From: Balanoglossus misakiensis
Taxonomy: Eukaryota > Animalia > Hemichordata
Direction of reading: 5' to 3'
DNA: 64,000 nt
Assembly: GCA_040954595.2 (NCBI GenBank)
Contig: CM082576.2
Span: 12,217,129 to 12,281,128, forward strand
Below are positions 63,891 to 64,000 of this stretch, piece by piece (the first letter of the stretch is position 1; the number at the start of each line of letters is the position of its first letter). The notes under the pieces were generated by a model. It did not search any database. It was not told the origin of the DNA and saw only the letters and a program-made list of their open reading frames with translations. Made by a program: the position numbers and the translations under genes.

Positions 63891-64000
63891 CTGTGTAAGA
63901 CAGACAACAATGAAACGAGGTCATGAATGATTAGCCTGGAGTGGACTCTTATTTTTAACCACAAAAAGGAAAGAGATTGAATGAAGTAAGCTACACTGTA

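Overview
Intron-rich animal genomic DNA, probably a marine invertebrate deuterostome (inferred from gene content and repeats only). I assembled five protein-coding loci by hand from splice sites and reading-frame phase. (1) The first coding exon of a stum/SPEC3-family gene (-, 14557-15160). Its downstream intron appears to run off the window start and holds an ~8.8 kb 88-bp satellite with higher-order structure, embedded in a Helentron/HINE-like element. (2) A complete 5-exon sigma-class glutathione S-transferase (-, 17913-21386) with TATA/Inr/AP-1. (3) A complete 15-exon, 412-aa divergent BROX-like Bro1-domain gene (+, 38986-45945), mostly invisible to the ORF track. (4) A 2-exon, 103-aa Cys-rich membrane microprotein (+, 48932-49482) that resembles plant TAXIMIN peptides. 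(5) The last 19 exons of beta-heavy spectrin (-, 52671-63890), including a GC-AG intron. The most notable observation is the pair formed by loci 3 and 4. The BROX-like protein lacks its terminal CaaX and instead ends in a shortened copy of the neighbouring microprotein. The splice phases would also allow an in-frame read-through fusion. All family assignments rest on remembered sequences, not on database searches.
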